A DNA stretch of 64,000 bases from Fibrobacteria bacterium. Lineage in GTDB: Bacteria; Fibrobacterota; Fibrobacteria; UBA11236; JADFYW01. The DNA lies in the NCBI GenBank assembly GCA_050294405.1, contig JBNKOC010000022.1, positions 13,462 to 77,461 on the forward strand. The letters are read 5' to 3'. The notes below the pieces were generated by a model that saw only the letters and a program-made list of their open reading frames with translations, was not told the origin of the DNA and did not search any database. The position numbers were made by a program, and so were the translations under genes. Positions 37,829 to 48,277 of the stretch are shown here, in pieces. Every line of letters begins with the position of its first letter. The first letter of the stretch is position 1.

Positions 37829-38464
37829 CTATAATCTTTTTATGGAACAGCCGATAGATTTGGTACTGGCTGTTTTGATGTCGTCGCCTTTGGATAGGGC
37901 CATAATAGCGTTTTTCAAATAACTTTCCTTAACATCTGCTTCGCTTTTGGAATTATCATCAATAGCTCCCTTATATACCAGTTTTAAATCTTTATCAAAT
38001 AAAAAGGTTTCCGGTGTGCGTGTCGCCCCAAAAGCATCCGCCAGTTTATGGTCTTTATCCACAGCATAGGCAAATAAAGGCTTACCGGATTTATCCAAAT
38101 AACCGTTTTCTTTAGCATGGCTTTTCATATCATCCAGGCTTTCTCCCCCATCCCTTCTGGCCTCATTGGAATTCAACATAATAATTCCAATGTTCGCTTC
38201 TTTCGCTTTGGAGGCTAGTTCGGGATAACGCCCCTCCCAGGCGCGAACATAGGGACAGGTATTACAACTAAAAACCACTAACAAGCCATTTTCTCTTTTG
38301 GCGCTGGAAAGAGACAACTCTGAACCGGAAATATCTTTAAATTTTGCATCTAACATCGGGGCCTTTGAGCCCAGTGAAAGGGATTCTATGTTCCCCCCGA
38401 AACCCGATTGCAGCATGAACATAACCAGGACAAATGGCGCCCATTTATTAAAAAAAACTCTCAT
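37829..38464 (-). CDS. Exported thioredoxin-fold (AhpC/TSA-like) protein
   Basis: FSCNTCPY, ATRTPE, YKGAIDD, GCSIK. Confidence 0.88.
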   Translation of the reverse strand: MRVFFNKWAPFVLVMFMLQSGFGGNIESLSLGSKAPMLDAKFKDISGSELSLSSAKRENGLLVVFSCNTCPYVRAWEGRYPELASKAKEANIGIIMLNSNEARRDGGESLDDMKSHAKENGYLDKSGKPLFAYAVDKDHKLADAFGATRTPETFLFDKDLKLVYKGAIDDNSKSEADVKESYLKNAIMALSKGDDIKTASTKSIGCSIKRL

Positions 38465-38476
38465 AACATTCCCCTT

Positions 38477-38992
38477 TTATTGAGACAAAGTGATTCTAAT
38501 GTACTTTTCAAACTCCTCTTTACTCTGACCGCCTTCCATTGCCATGACTTGCTTTCCCTTTTTACTGAAAAACATGGTATATGGCAATGCTCCAGACCAG
38601 CTTTCGGGCATGGACTTCAAAAACTCCTGTTCTGTTTCCACATTTAAATAACTGACATCCATCATGCTCTGGCCATGGAGGAACTTGAGTGCATTTTCCC
38701 GGGAATTTTCAAAATCAAAGGAAACAAAAATAAACTCCACTTTATCCTTGTACTTAGCTTTTAATTCCATTAAATGGGGAAACTCCTCCACACATGGCAG
38801 ACACCAACTGGCCCAAAAATTAACCAACACAGATTTTTGGTTTTGGTGGTGTTTTACCAGTTCCCAAAACTTTGCGCTGTTTATATCCAGCAATTGGGGA
38901 AAATCATTTTTGGCTAATGCACCCTCATAAAAGACAAAACACAAAAGCACCATTTTCATTTTCAAAAAGCTGTACTTCATAAGCAACTGCAA
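38477..38992 (-). CDS. TlpA-like thiol-disulfide oxidoreductase
   Basis: VNFWASWCLPCVEEFP, WSGALP. Confidence 0.9.
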   Translation of the reverse strand: MQLLMKYSFLKMKMVLLCFVFYEGALAKNDFPQLLDINSAKFWELVKHHQNQKSVLVNFWASWCLPCVEEFPHLMELKAKYKDKVEFIFVSFDFENSRENALKFLHGQSMMDVSYLNVETEQEFLKSMPESWSGALPYTMFFSKKGKQVMAMEGGQSKEEFEKYIRITLSQ

Positions 38993-39061
38993 CTTGTTCC
39001 AGGTAATATTAAATTAAAGTTTTTAAGAGTTTCAGGTTAGTGGCAGCTTATTAAACGAACC

Positions 39062-39976
39062 CTATTTGGTCTCTTTTAATAACCTAAACAATTCCAGGGA
39101 TGCCTCAATTTCCACTTTTCGGATGGCCACGCTTTCCACATTAAATCCAATGGGTATTTTTTTAGATTTGGCGAAGCGATAGAGCGCTTTCCAGTTTTTA
39201 ATGCAAAGCTCCGTAGAACTTCTTAGAATATCCCCGGAATGCAAAAGCTCATTTTCCAACCAGCGCGGTATTTGTATCCCAAGCCACTTCATAAACTCCA
39301 GGGTTTTAGGGGAACCGCAGGGGGTAAAGGTAAATATGATAGGAACCAGAGGAATTTTCCTGGTTAAGGACTCATAATAATAATCGGATAAAAAGTTAAG
39401 AGAGGCCTGGCTATCGTATACTCCCTGGGAAATAAAAAAGCCGCAGCCCCTTTCAATTTTTTTAAGAACCCGAATATGTTCATCCTGCTTTTTAACATGC
39501 CGCTCTGGTATAACCACCCCACCCAAAAGCGCCTGGGGGTATTGGCTATTCCTTAATTTGTAAGCTTCTTCTATGTTAAGCTTAATTTTTTCACGGGAGG
39601 AGGGGGCCCCCACAAATACCGCGGCATTTTGATTTTCTTCTGTTTGTTGTTTTAAAAAATCCGCCAACTCGCGTTCGGAATATTTGCCAACAGAGCGGTA
39701 AATAATTTTGGGAATTTTTAAATCCTGTAAATAATCCCCACTGTATTGTTGAGGATTCCAGGTTTCCACATAGGGAAAAGGCCGCTCCACTTCGGTGCGG
39801 GAGCTTTCATCCTGCAAGTCGTAAAGGATAAGGCCATCTGCCTCAATAGACCGGGCCCTATGTATTTGACGCTTGGCTATCTCCTCTAATTTTTCTGGCG
39901 GGGTTCCGAGTTTAGGAGGGGTTAAACCATATAAAGCGATTCCTCCCTGCCTGTTTTTTATCTTTGTTATAAGCAT
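39062..39976 (-). CDS. Methylenetetrahydrofolate reductase-like flavoprotein
   Basis: YGLTPP, YDLQDE..R..RPFP, GGVVIPERH, FFISQ, WLGI. Confidence 0.8.
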   Translation of the reverse strand: MLITKIKNRQGGIALYGLTPPKLGTPPEKLEEIAKRQIHRARSIEADGLILYDLQDESSRTEVERPFPYVETWNPQQYSGDYLQDLKIPKIIYRSVGKYSERELADFLKQQTEENQNAAVFVGAPSSREKIKLNIEEAYKLRNSQYPQALLGGVVIPERHVKKQDEHIRVLKKIERGCGFFISQGVYDSQASLNFLSDYYYESLTRKIPLVPIIFTFTPCGSPKTLEFMKWLGIQIPRWLENELLHSGDILRSSTELCIKNWKALYRFAKSKKIPIGFNVESVAIRKVEIEASLELFRLLKETK

Positions 39977-40125
39977 AATTAGAATTTTACCTGTGAAAAA
40001 TACTATTCTGACTGCGGATTCAAAGCCAGATGATTTTCAGAAGTTATTATTTTTAAGGCAAAACAATTAAGATTGTGTGACAATTTTGAAACACAATTTT
40101 CATTTGAATTGGAAAAGAGGATTTT

Positions 40126-41424
40126 GTGGCTAAAAATAAATATGCCGACCAACTGTTGAAATATATTGAGCTTTCCCCCACCCCCTACCACGCTGTGGAA
40201 AATGCAGTTGCAGAACTTAAAAACTCTGGATATAGCGAACTCAAAGAAAAAGAAAGTTGGAAGTTGGAAAATGGAAAGGGTTATTTTGTTACCAGAAATG
40301 GTTCCAGCGTTGCGGCCTTTTGCATTCCTCCAAAACAAATAAAACAAGTCGCCTTTAATATAATAGGAGCCCATACCGATAGCCCTTGCCTTAAATTAAA
40401 ACCCAAGGCCGCCCAAAGTGTTTTTGATTACAAACAATGGAGAATTGAAGTATACGGAGGGGCTCTTTGGCACAGCTGGCTGGATAGAGATTTAGGCCTT
40501 GCTGGCCAATTGTGTTATTCCAAAAATGGCAAAGCCCTAACCAAGACTGTTAATTTAAATACATCCAATATCCGTATTCCCAATGTTGCCATCCATATCA
40601 ACCGTACAGTAAACGAAGAAGGCCTAAAAATTACGCCCCAAACTGAGTTGACTCCCATTTTTGGTCTAGGAAAAAGCACGGGGGAACAGCTAAAGCAGGA
40701 GCTATTTACATCTCTGGGCCTTAGCCCTGCCGATGCAAAAAGTGTGGAATCTTTTGATTTAAGATTATACGACAACATCCCTCCCAGCTATGGAGGCCTT
40801 AAAGATGAATTTATTTATGCTCCCCGCCTGGACAACCTTGCCATGAGCCACGCCGCCCTCACAGCACTCTTAGAAGCTAAATCCAAAAGCGCCGAAAAAA
40901 TTTCTGCTATTATGCTTTTTGATCACGAGGAAGTGGGCAGCGGTTCCACCGCCGGAGCGGCTTCCAATTTTTTAAACCATACTTTGGAACGCATTATTTC
41001 CAGCCTGGGATTTTCCCGGGAAGAATATTTTATGGCCCTGGCCCAATCTTTTATTATTTCTGCAGATATGGCTCATGCGGTCCATCCCAATTATAGCGGC
41101 AAACACGACCCTGACCACGCCCCTGTTTTGAATAAAGGCCCTGTAATTAAACACAACGCCAACCAGCGTTATGCCACCAGCCACGAAACAGCAGCTAAAA
41201 TTTTGAACCTGGCAAAAAAGTCCAAAGTTCCACTACAGGAGTTTGCTGGCCACTCCAATATTCCCTGCGGCACCACCATTGGCCCTATTAGCTCCAGTTT
41301 ATCGGGCATTCCCACTGTGGATTTGGGAAACCCCATGCTTTCCATGCATTCGGCAAGGGAAATGGCTGGGTCCGCAGATGGGGAGCTTATCCTTAAGTTG
41401 TTCAAGCAATTTTTCAATTCTTAA
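40126..41424 (+). CDS. apeB: M18 family aspartyl aminopeptidase
   Basis: SPTPYHA, GAHTDSP, RLDNL, DHEEVGS, SADMAHAVHPNY, MHSARE. Confidence 0.93.
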   Translation: MAKNKYADQLLKYIELSPTPYHAVENAVAELKNSGYSELKEKESWKLENGKGYFVTRNGSSVAAFCIPPKQIKQVAFNIIGAHTDSPCLKLKPKAAQSVFDYKQWRIEVYGGALWHSWLDRDLGLAGQLCYSKNGKALTKTVNLNTSNIRIPNVAIHINRTVNEEGLKITPQTELTPIFGLGKSTGEQLKQELFTSLGLSPADAKSVESFDLRLYDNIPPSYGGLKDEFIYAPRLDNLAMSHAALTALLEAKSKSAEKISAIMLFDHEEVGSGSTAGAASNFLNHTLERIISSLGFSREEYFMALAQSFIISADMAHAVHPNYSGKHDPDHAPVLNKGPVIKHNANQRYATSHETAAKILNLAKKSKVPLQEFAGHSNIPCGTTIGPISSSLSGIPTVDLGNPMLSMHSAREMAGSADGELILKLFKQFFNS

Positions 41425-41612
41425 ATCGGATCCCGACTTGATGTAGCACTTATAATCAAAAAGGGCTTTCCAGGCTTCATTAAGCTTGAATTCGCTTCGG
41501 TTCCTCTTACCGCAGCTTGCCTAAGCCACCATTTATAAGCCTAAAGCTTGTCCTTGGTCTGGTTTAATTAAACCTAGGAAAGGCGCCCACGGGTGCTAAA
41601 TAGCGAACTGAT
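41425..41612. ncRNA. Candidate ~190-nt structured RNA (6S-like or unknown)
   Basis: Nested complementary blocks ATCGG/CTGAT, TAGCAC/GTGCTA, GGGCTTTCC/GGAAAGGCGCCC and AAGCTT/AAGCTT, plus internal hairpins; no ORF. Confidence 0.5.
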
Positions 41613-41733
41613 AATAAAATTTTTGGAACAGCCCCCAAAAATCATTCGCCAATTAGACAATTCATCCCACTCCTTGTCACTGCCTAACAATTCGACTATA
41701 TATTGATTTTCACAAAATTCGGGGAGTTTGCAA

Positions 41734-43020
41734 ATGGTCAAAAAACCACTGTTTTGGTTAGGGTTGTTGTTTTTTTCAAATGTTTGTTTTGCGGAAGATA
41801 GCCTGGATTCAGGAGATACAGCCTGGATGATGGGCAGTACCGCCTTGGTTTTATTTATGATACCTGGCCTTGCCCTTTTTTACGGGGGAATGGTGCGCTC
41901 CAAAAACATTCTCGCCACCTTAATGCATTCAGTTATTGCCATGGGTGTTATGGCGCTCCAATGGATAGTCATTGGTTACTCGCTGGCATTTGGAGAGGGC
42001 AACGCAATCATTGGCGATTTTTCTCATTTCTTGTTAGGTGGGATTGGCCCCGATAGCATCAATGGCACAATTCCCACATATGTATGGGTGGCTTTTCAGG
42101 GCACATTCGCCTGCATTACACCCGCCCTTATAGCAGGTGCCTTTGCAGAACGGATTAAATTTTCCAGCTACATTATTTTTATCCTTCTCTGGGGAACTTT
42201 TGTATACGACCCTGTTTGCCACTGGGTTTGGGCCTCCAACGGCTGGCTCTTTAAGGACGGAGCCATTGATTTTGCCGGAGGAACTGTGGTGCATATTATA
42301 TCTGGTATTGCCGGTTTAATGGGCGCTATTATTTTGGGAAAAAGAATGGGATTTCCCCACCAACCCCTGCTTCCTCACAATTTGGTATACACGGTTTTAG
42401 GCGCAGGCATACTGTGGTTTGGCTGGTTTGGATTTAACGCGGGCTCTGCTGTGGCGGCCAATACTTCTGCGGGACTCGCCTTTATCAACACCTTTGCCGG
42501 GCCTGCCGCTGGTATGATTGGCTGGCTGTTGGCCGAATATTTCCATCTGGGAAAACCAAGTACTTTGGGCGCGGCTTCGGGTATTGTGGCTGGGTTAGTG
42601 GCTGTAACTCCCGCTGCGGGAAGCGTGCAACCCGGCTCCGCCATTATCTTAGGGTTAATCACCGCTTCTGTATGTTACTTGTTTGTGACTTTAAAACACA
42701 AATTTGGTTACGATGATTCCCTGGATGCTTTCGGAGTTCACGGCGTTGGCGGAACTGTAGGAGCCCTTGGCTGCGGCTTTTTCGCCTCCGTGGGATACAA
42801 CTCCGTATTTTTTCCCCATTCTGTGGCCGATGGGGTTTCGGGCTTCTCCCAGCTTTGGATTCAAATTAAAAGTGTGTTGGCCACAGGAGCTTATTCCGCT
42901 GTGGTTAGCAGCTTAATAATTTTCATTCTTATTAAAACAGTGGGCTTTAGGGTGGATGAAGATTCTGAAGCCAAGGGACTGGATATCACCCAACACGGCG
43001 AATCGGGCTACAACTCCTAA
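41734..43020 (+). CDS. amtB: Ammonium transporter
   Basis: PGLALFYGG, DFAGGTVVH, LWFGWFGFNAGS, DDSLDAFGVHG. The ATG at 41734 has better SD spacing than the TTG at 41728. Confidence 0.97.
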   Translation: MVKKPLFWLGLLFFSNVCFAEDSLDSGDTAWMMGSTALVLFMIPGLALFYGGMVRSKNILATLMHSVIAMGVMALQWIVIGYSLAFGEGNAIIGDFSHFLLGGIGPDSINGTIPTYVWVAFQGTFACITPALIAGAFAERIKFSSYIIFILLWGTFVYDPVCHWVWASNGWLFKDGAIDFAGGTVVHIISGIAGLMGAIILGKRMGFPHQPLLPHNLVYTVLGAGILWFGWFGFNAGSAVAANTSAGLAFINTFAGPAAGMIGWLLAEYFHLGKPSTLGAASGIVAGLVAVTPAAGSVQPGSAIILGLITASVCYLFVTLKHKFGYDDSLDAFGVHGVGGTVGALGCGFFASVGYNSVFFPHSVADGVSGFSQLWIQIKSVLATGAYSAVVSSLIIFILIKTVGFRVDEDSEAKGLDITQHGESGYNS

Positions 43021-44453
43021 TTTGCCTCTTTTATTTTAAGCAATAATTTTCCAAGACGCCTCCTGAAATCCGGGGGGCGTTTTGCGTTATTAATCGCCAC
43101 ATAAAAGCATAAAATTTTCCCTCCATTGTTTTGAAGATAGCCCCCGGCGCTGGATACCGTTTTCATGTACCCGGTTTTTATCCATAACTTATTTTGTAGC
43201 TCGGAATGAAAGCTCTTTATGGCATTAACATCATTTTTATTTCCCCCCAGAAAAAGGGCTGCCAAATTGTTTTTTTCTCCCTCTTTCCAAACCTTAATTA
43301 AGGATTCTGTAAAACTCGCTCCTGACACATAGTTTAAAGGGGAAAGGCCGCAGGCATCTAAAAAAGACCCTTGGATAGGCAGTTTATTCTCTTCCAACAA
43401 GGCCTCAAGCTTTTCTCCGGAATATTTTTGGGAATTTTCAGGATGCTTTTTATTGTAGGCCAAATGAAGCAGCTGTTCAGCATATACATTATCGCTTTTT
43501 ACCAATATATGGCGAACAACTTCTGAAAGAGCCGGGGATTTTTGACTGTATATTATTTTCCCCTGAGTGTTATTATCAGTTTTGCAGCTCTTTCCAGAAA
43601 CTTTTATTCCCTTATTATTTAAAAAAGCTTCCCATTCTTTTACAAAGCTGTACTTTGGGGAAGGAAGAGCCCCTTCGATTTTAAATTCTTTTTTGCCTGC
43701 AGGATAACTTCCCCTTATTTCCCAGATTCCGTTTACTTTTCCTGGAAATAAATAAGCCTCATCCCTGGAGCCGGGAGCGGATGTTTTTGCATAAATTTTA
43801 AAATCGGAAATATTTACAAAAGAAGGCTCTGTTCTGATAAATTTGATTGGCCTATTTTCTTTAGAAGAGCCTTCCAAAAAAACTTTGAATCTGTTATCTC
43901 TATATATAAAGCCGCCGGCAGCAGCCCCATAGTAATTTCCCGCATCTTCATATAGGGCATAAGGATTCGGGATGTTACTAGCCTCAGGGACACTAACATC
44001 TAAACAACCCCCAATGCCGTTTATTTTTAATTCCGTTATTTTTTCAAAACTCTTTTGAAAAAAATATTCCGGAGAATAGGCCTTTCCAAAAAAACGGGAG
44101 CCAAAAGCAGGATCCCCTTCGTAGGCAAGCCGCAAATCGCCTTGCAATACGGCCTTTTTTATTTCCCCAATATATTCCAATTTATTTTCAAATTGATGGG
44201 ATGCTCCCAGATATTTTAAAGCGAGGTAGGCTGTTAAAATTTTTTGCACGCTGGCTGGAGTGCTGTTTATGTTTGAGTTATGGGAATATATTTCCTTGCC
44301 GGAGTTTATATCTCGTACAGAAATACTGCAATGAGATTCGGGAGGACAAAAGTTTTGGGCTTCTTCTTCCAAAAGTAAGGTGGAATTTGGGGCCGCTACT
44401 AGAAAACCGGCCATAAAAAAAACAAAAAGGCCAAGCCTGGTAAAATTCATCAT
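43017..44453 (-). CDS. dacB: D-Ala-D-Ala carboxypeptidase/endopeptidase PBP4 (S13)
   Basis: PASVQK (SxxK), SDN, CGLS, KTG. Confidence 0.9.
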   Translation of the reverse strand: MMNFTRLGLFVFFMAGFLVAAPNSTLLLEEEAQNFCPPESHCSISVRDINSGKEIYSHNSNINSTPASVQKILTAYLALKYLGASHQFENKLEYIGEIKKAVLQGDLRLAYEGDPAFGSRFFGKAYSPEYFFQKSFEKITELKINGIGGCLDVSVPEASNIPNPYALYEDAGNYYGAAAGGFIYRDNRFKVFLEGSSKENRPIKFIRTEPSFVNISDFKIYAKTSAPGSRDEAYLFPGKVNGIWEIRGSYPAGKKEFKIEGALPSPKYSFVKEWEAFLNNKGIKVSGKSCKTDNNTQGKIIYSQKSPALSEVVRHILVKSDNVYAEQLLHLAYNKKHPENSQKYSGEKLEALLEENKLPIQGSFLDACGLSPLNYVSGASFTESLIKVWKEGEKNNLAALFLGGNKNDVNAIKSFHSELQNKLWIKTGYMKTVSSAGGYLQNNGGKILCFYVAINNAKRPPDFRRRLGKLLLKIKEAN

Positions 44454-44472
44454 GCTAACAAGCTAAAAATAT

Positions 44473-45963
44473 TCAACTGGAAGGGGAATCAGATTGGCCA
44501 TAAAGTGTAATGGAATTCCGGCCTTTGGCCTTGCTTTGATACAAACATCTGTCCGCAAGACTGAAAAGCTCTTCCAAATCTTCCGTGTTTTCGGGGTAAT
44601 TTGCTCCCCCCACACTTAAAGTCACATGAATGGTGTGGTTTTCAAAGTGAACCGCCTCTCGCTCCACCGCCTGACGTATACGTTCAGCCACCACCCCGGC
44701 GCCTGTTAAATTGGTTTCGGGCAGAATCATAACAAATTCTTCCCCTCCAAAACGAACGGCGGTATCCACGTCGGAGCGAATCACCATTTTAATCAATCGC
44801 GCTACGGTTTTTAAGACTTCATCGCCTGCAGCATGGCCATAGGTATCATTACATCGTTTGAAAAAATCTATATCGATAATCAACAAAGAAAGGGTTCTAT
44901 TGTAGCGTTGGCTTCGTTTGAATTCTTCCCCAATGCGCTGGGTGTAATAACGCCGGGTATGTAAACCGGTAAGCTCATCGGTAGTGGCCAAATCATAAAG
45001 CCTGGCCTGGTCCAAAACAGAAGAGGCGTGGGAGGCTAATATGCTCAGAACATCCAAATCTTCCTGATCAAAAGGATCAGAAGCATCGCTGTTAGTCACA
45101 TATATTACTCCAAAAGCCTGGTCGTTCATTACTAAAGGCACGCACATAAGGCTGTTGGCCTGGTTTTCCATGCCGGGAAAGCTTTCTTCTTCATCCATGG
45201 GATCCGTTAAAATAATGGGTTCCCGGGATTCCATCACCCGCCCCTGTATACCTTCTCCCAATGGGATTACAGCTCCTTTAAGCACGCCTGCGTTGATTTT
45301 TTTTTCAGCTTCTTTGTTAGGAAGGCCATGCACTACTTTTAACTCCAACCCCCCTATTTTTTCATTTTCCAACATGATAAATCCGCGGGTGGCGGAGACT
45401 GTGGAAATGGCCACTTTTAAAATCATGGATAACAAATGCCTTAAGTCCATGGCCTTACTTACCGCATCGGCAATATCCCTAACCACCGAAAAATTGTGGA
45501 GGCTTCGGGCTAAATCACTGGCCAGTTTGGCATTGTTGTTTTCCAATTCCACCCTGTCTCTGCAGGGAACCCATACTTGCCCTAAATGTTCTAACTGTAA
45601 CTGATACTCCTCCGACAATTTGTTTTTCACCACAATAGCCCCAACACTGCGTTGTCCTTTTTTCATGGGAATAACAACATACTTGCGGGAGTTGTATACA
45701 TACTCCATTTCATTCATTAAATGACCCACAATCTCGGGCCGATAATGTTCCAGGGCTAATTCATCGAGGTCCTTGCAATACTCAACCAAAGGAGTCAGGG
45801 TTTCATCAAAAGGGTTGAAACGAAAAATGGAAAATAGCCGGCCTGCCAATAGGGAATCTATAGACTCGTACAAAATGTTATTGAGCTCATTTTCCGATTT
45901 GGCCCGGGTAAAATTCCGGTAGCAAATGCGCAACAAGTCACTTGAATTATCTGATTTGTCCAT
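44473..45963 (-). CDS. GAF-GGDEF diguanylate cyclase
   Basis: GAF domain (SLMCVPL), DELTGL, DIDFFK..ND.YGH..GD, RFGGEEF. Confidence 0.93.
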   Translation of the reverse strand: MDKSDNSSDLLRICYRNFTRAKSENELNNILYESIDSLLAGRLFSIFRFNPFDETLTPLVEYCKDLDELALEHYRPEIVGHLMNEMEYVYNSRKYVVIPMKKGQRSVGAIVVKNKLSEEYQLQLEHLGQVWVPCRDRVELENNNAKLASDLARSLHNFSVVRDIADAVSKAMDLRHLLSMILKVAISTVSATRGFIMLENEKIGGLELKVVHGLPNKEAEKKINAGVLKGAVIPLGEGIQGRVMESREPIILTDPMDEEESFPGMENQANSLMCVPLVMNDQAFGVIYVTNSDASDPFDQEDLDVLSILASHASSVLDQARLYDLATTDELTGLHTRRYYTQRIGEEFKRSQRYNRTLSLLIIDIDFFKRCNDTYGHAAGDEVLKTVARLIKMVIRSDVDTAVRFGGEEFVMILPETNLTGAGVVAERIRQAVEREAVHFENHTIHVTLSVGGANYPENTEDLEELFSLADRCLYQSKAKGRNSITLYGQSDSPSS

Positions 45964-46165
45964 TTGCTATAAAACTCAATCCATTATTGTTAAAAGCTCA
46001 TCAAATACGTACAACCAGCTCCTTTGGAACTGGCCGCCTTTAATTTTATCATGTTTTTGCCTTTAATAGCCATAAAAGGCCATTTTATGGGAAGTTAATT
46101 GATCCAAAATTTCAATTTGCAAAGGGAATTTTTGTGCTGCTGCGCTTATTTTTTACATTTTTCCC

Positions 46166-48073
46166 ATGGATTTTTCCCCTCATAAATTAAGGCTGGGTCT
46201 GGTGCAAATGCCTGTGGTCCCCGGCAATATTCGGCAAAATGCCGAGTGGATTTTAAATTGCGTGGAAAAATCCGAAGGTTTTGATTTGTTGGCATTTCCA
46301 GAACTGGCTACAACAGGCTATTTAATTGGCGATGGCTGGGAAAGGCCTGATTTTTTGCGGGAAAATGAGTATTGGCTGAAAAAAATTGCAGAAGCCAGTC
46401 AGAAAACAGCCATTTTATTGGGATCTGTCCAGGTGGACTGGCAAAAAAAAGGGGAAGACGGCCGCCCCCGAAAATACAATGCCGCCCTGCTTTTTCAAAA
46501 TGGCGAGCCAATTATGAACCAGGCCCTGGGCCTTTCCTTTTTTCCCAAAACTTTATCTCCCAACTACCGTGAATTTGATGAGTCCCGCCATTTTTATGAC
46601 CTGAGAAAATTGGCTTTGGAAAGAGGCCGAAGTTTAGAGGAGCTAAGTGCGCCCGCGGAATTTAAAACTTCTTCTGGAAGTATTTTGTTGGGACTTAGCA
46701 TCTGTGAAGACGGTTGGTGGGAAGACTACCAAATTTCTCCCTTTAAAATTCTGCAAGAAAAATCAGCCCAATGTATCCTTAACTTGAGTTGCTCCCCCTT
46801 TACCAAAGGAAAAAACCGGAAAAGAGCCAGGGTGTTTGGAGCCCAGGCCAGAGAATTGGCTACCCCCATTGCTTATGTAAATGCCGTAAGCGTGCAGAAT
46901 ATTGGAAAAACCATTTATGCTTTTGATGGGCAAAGTTGCCTCTATCAAAAAAATGGCGAAAGTTGTTACACAGGACCCATGTTTGTACCTCGCATTCAAC
47001 CTACCGTACTCAACCTGCAAAACAAAAACTGGGAGTTGGCAGATAACAATGCTGAATCCGCTATAGATGCTTATGGCGAAATTTTTAATTGTTTAAAATT
47101 TATCGCTAAGGAATTCATGGGGCAACTGGGGTTATCCAAAGTTGTGATTGGGCTTTCCGGGGGAATTGACAGCGCCCTTTCCTCAGCTTTGTATAGCAGC
47201 ATATTGTCTCCTGAAAATCTGATGCTCATTAATATGCCAAGTCAGTACAATAGTTCTACCACTATTGGGCTTTCCCAAAAACTGGCATCCAACCTGGAAT
47301 GTTATTATGGTGAAATTCCCATTTCCGATTCTGTGTCATTAACAAGCAAGCAATTTAAACAAACAGTTTTTAAAGGGCCATCGGATTTGAATCTTGAGCT
47401 TTCGGAGTTCCAAATGCAAAATATCCAAAGCCGGGACAGAGGCTCCAGATTGCTCAGTGCTGCTGCCGCCAGTTTTGGCGGAGTATTCAGTTGTAACGCC
47501 AATAAAGCGGAAATGACCGTTGGCTACTCCACCCTATATGGAGACCTATGCGGATTTTTAGCCCTTATTGGCGATTTATGGAAAGAAGATGTATATGCTC
47601 TTTCCCATTATTTAAACCAACATTATTTCAAAAAAGAAATTATTCCCGAAGGCATATTGAACCTGCCTCCAAGCGCCGAGTTATCCGCCAGTCAAAATGT
47701 GGACATGGGCCAGGGAGACCCCTTGTTTTACCCCTACCACGACAAATTGTTTTTTAGTTGGATACAACGCTGGAACAGATTAAGTCCGGCAGACATTTTA
47801 GAGTTCTATAAATTGGGAACCCTGGAACAGGAATTACAAATAGAAAAAGGCCTGGTAAAAAAGCTATTCCCCAAGGCTTCAGATTTCGTTTCGGATTTAG
47901 AACGCTGGTGGAGTTTATACCAAGGCCTTGGCAGCGCCAAAAGGGTGCAGGCTCCCCCGGTAGCTGCCGTAAGTTCCAGAGCTTATGGTTTCGATCACCG
48001 CGAACCCGTTGGAACAGCCTATTATTCCGAAGCCTATTATCAGGCAAAGACTAACATATTAAAAAAAACCTAA
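46166..48073 (+). CDS. nadE: Glutamine-dependent NAD+ synthetase
   Basis: Nitrilase domain (FPEL, K, ICED), GLSGGIDS, NIQSR, GYSTLYGD, PSAEL. Confidence 0.95.
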   Translation: MDFSPHKLRLGLVQMPVVPGNIRQNAEWILNCVEKSEGFDLLAFPELATTGYLIGDGWERPDFLRENEYWLKKIAEASQKTAILLGSVQVDWQKKGEDGRPRKYNAALLFQNGEPIMNQALGLSFFPKTLSPNYREFDESRHFYDLRKLALERGRSLEELSAPAEFKTSSGSILLGLSICEDGWWEDYQISPFKILQEKSAQCILNLSCSPFTKGKNRKRARVFGAQARELATPIAYVNAVSVQNIGKTIYAFDGQSCLYQKNGESCYTGPMFVPRIQPTVLNLQNKNWELADNNAESAIDAYGEIFNCLKFIAKEFMGQLGLSKVVIGLSGGIDSALSSALYSSILSPENLMLINMPSQYNSSTTIGLSQKLASNLECYYGEIPISDSVSLTSKQFKQTVFKGPSDLNLELSEFQMQNIQSRDRGSRLLSAAAASFGGVFSCNANKAEMTVGYSTLYGDLCGFLALIGDLWKEDVYALSHYLNQHYFKKEIIPEGILNLPPSAELSASQNVDMGQGDPLFYPYHDKLFFSWIQRWNRLSPADILEFYKLGTLEQELQIEKGLVKKLFPKASDFVSDLERWWSLYQGLGSAKRVQAPPVAAVSSRAYGFDHREPVGTAYYSEAYYQAKTNILKKT

Positions 48074-48223
48074 GCTGCATTTTGGCGGCATAATCCGTTT
48101 CAAACTAAAATTTTCAAAATAAAACCCCATCGTTGCAAATTTAAATACCCCTTGGGCATTGAAAAAAAATGGCCAAAATCAATTTAAAATCGGCCCTTTT
48201 TCCCCTTTTTTAAATCTCAGAAA

Positions 48224-48239
48224 TGGCATGAGCATTGCA
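48224..48239 (+). promoter_or_regulatory. Sigma54 (-24/-12) promoter of hsp20
   Basis: TGGCAT-GAGCA-TTGCA. Confidence 0.75.
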
Positions 48240-48277
48240 ACATAATGTAAGTGTAAACATTAAACGGAGGTTTCAAA

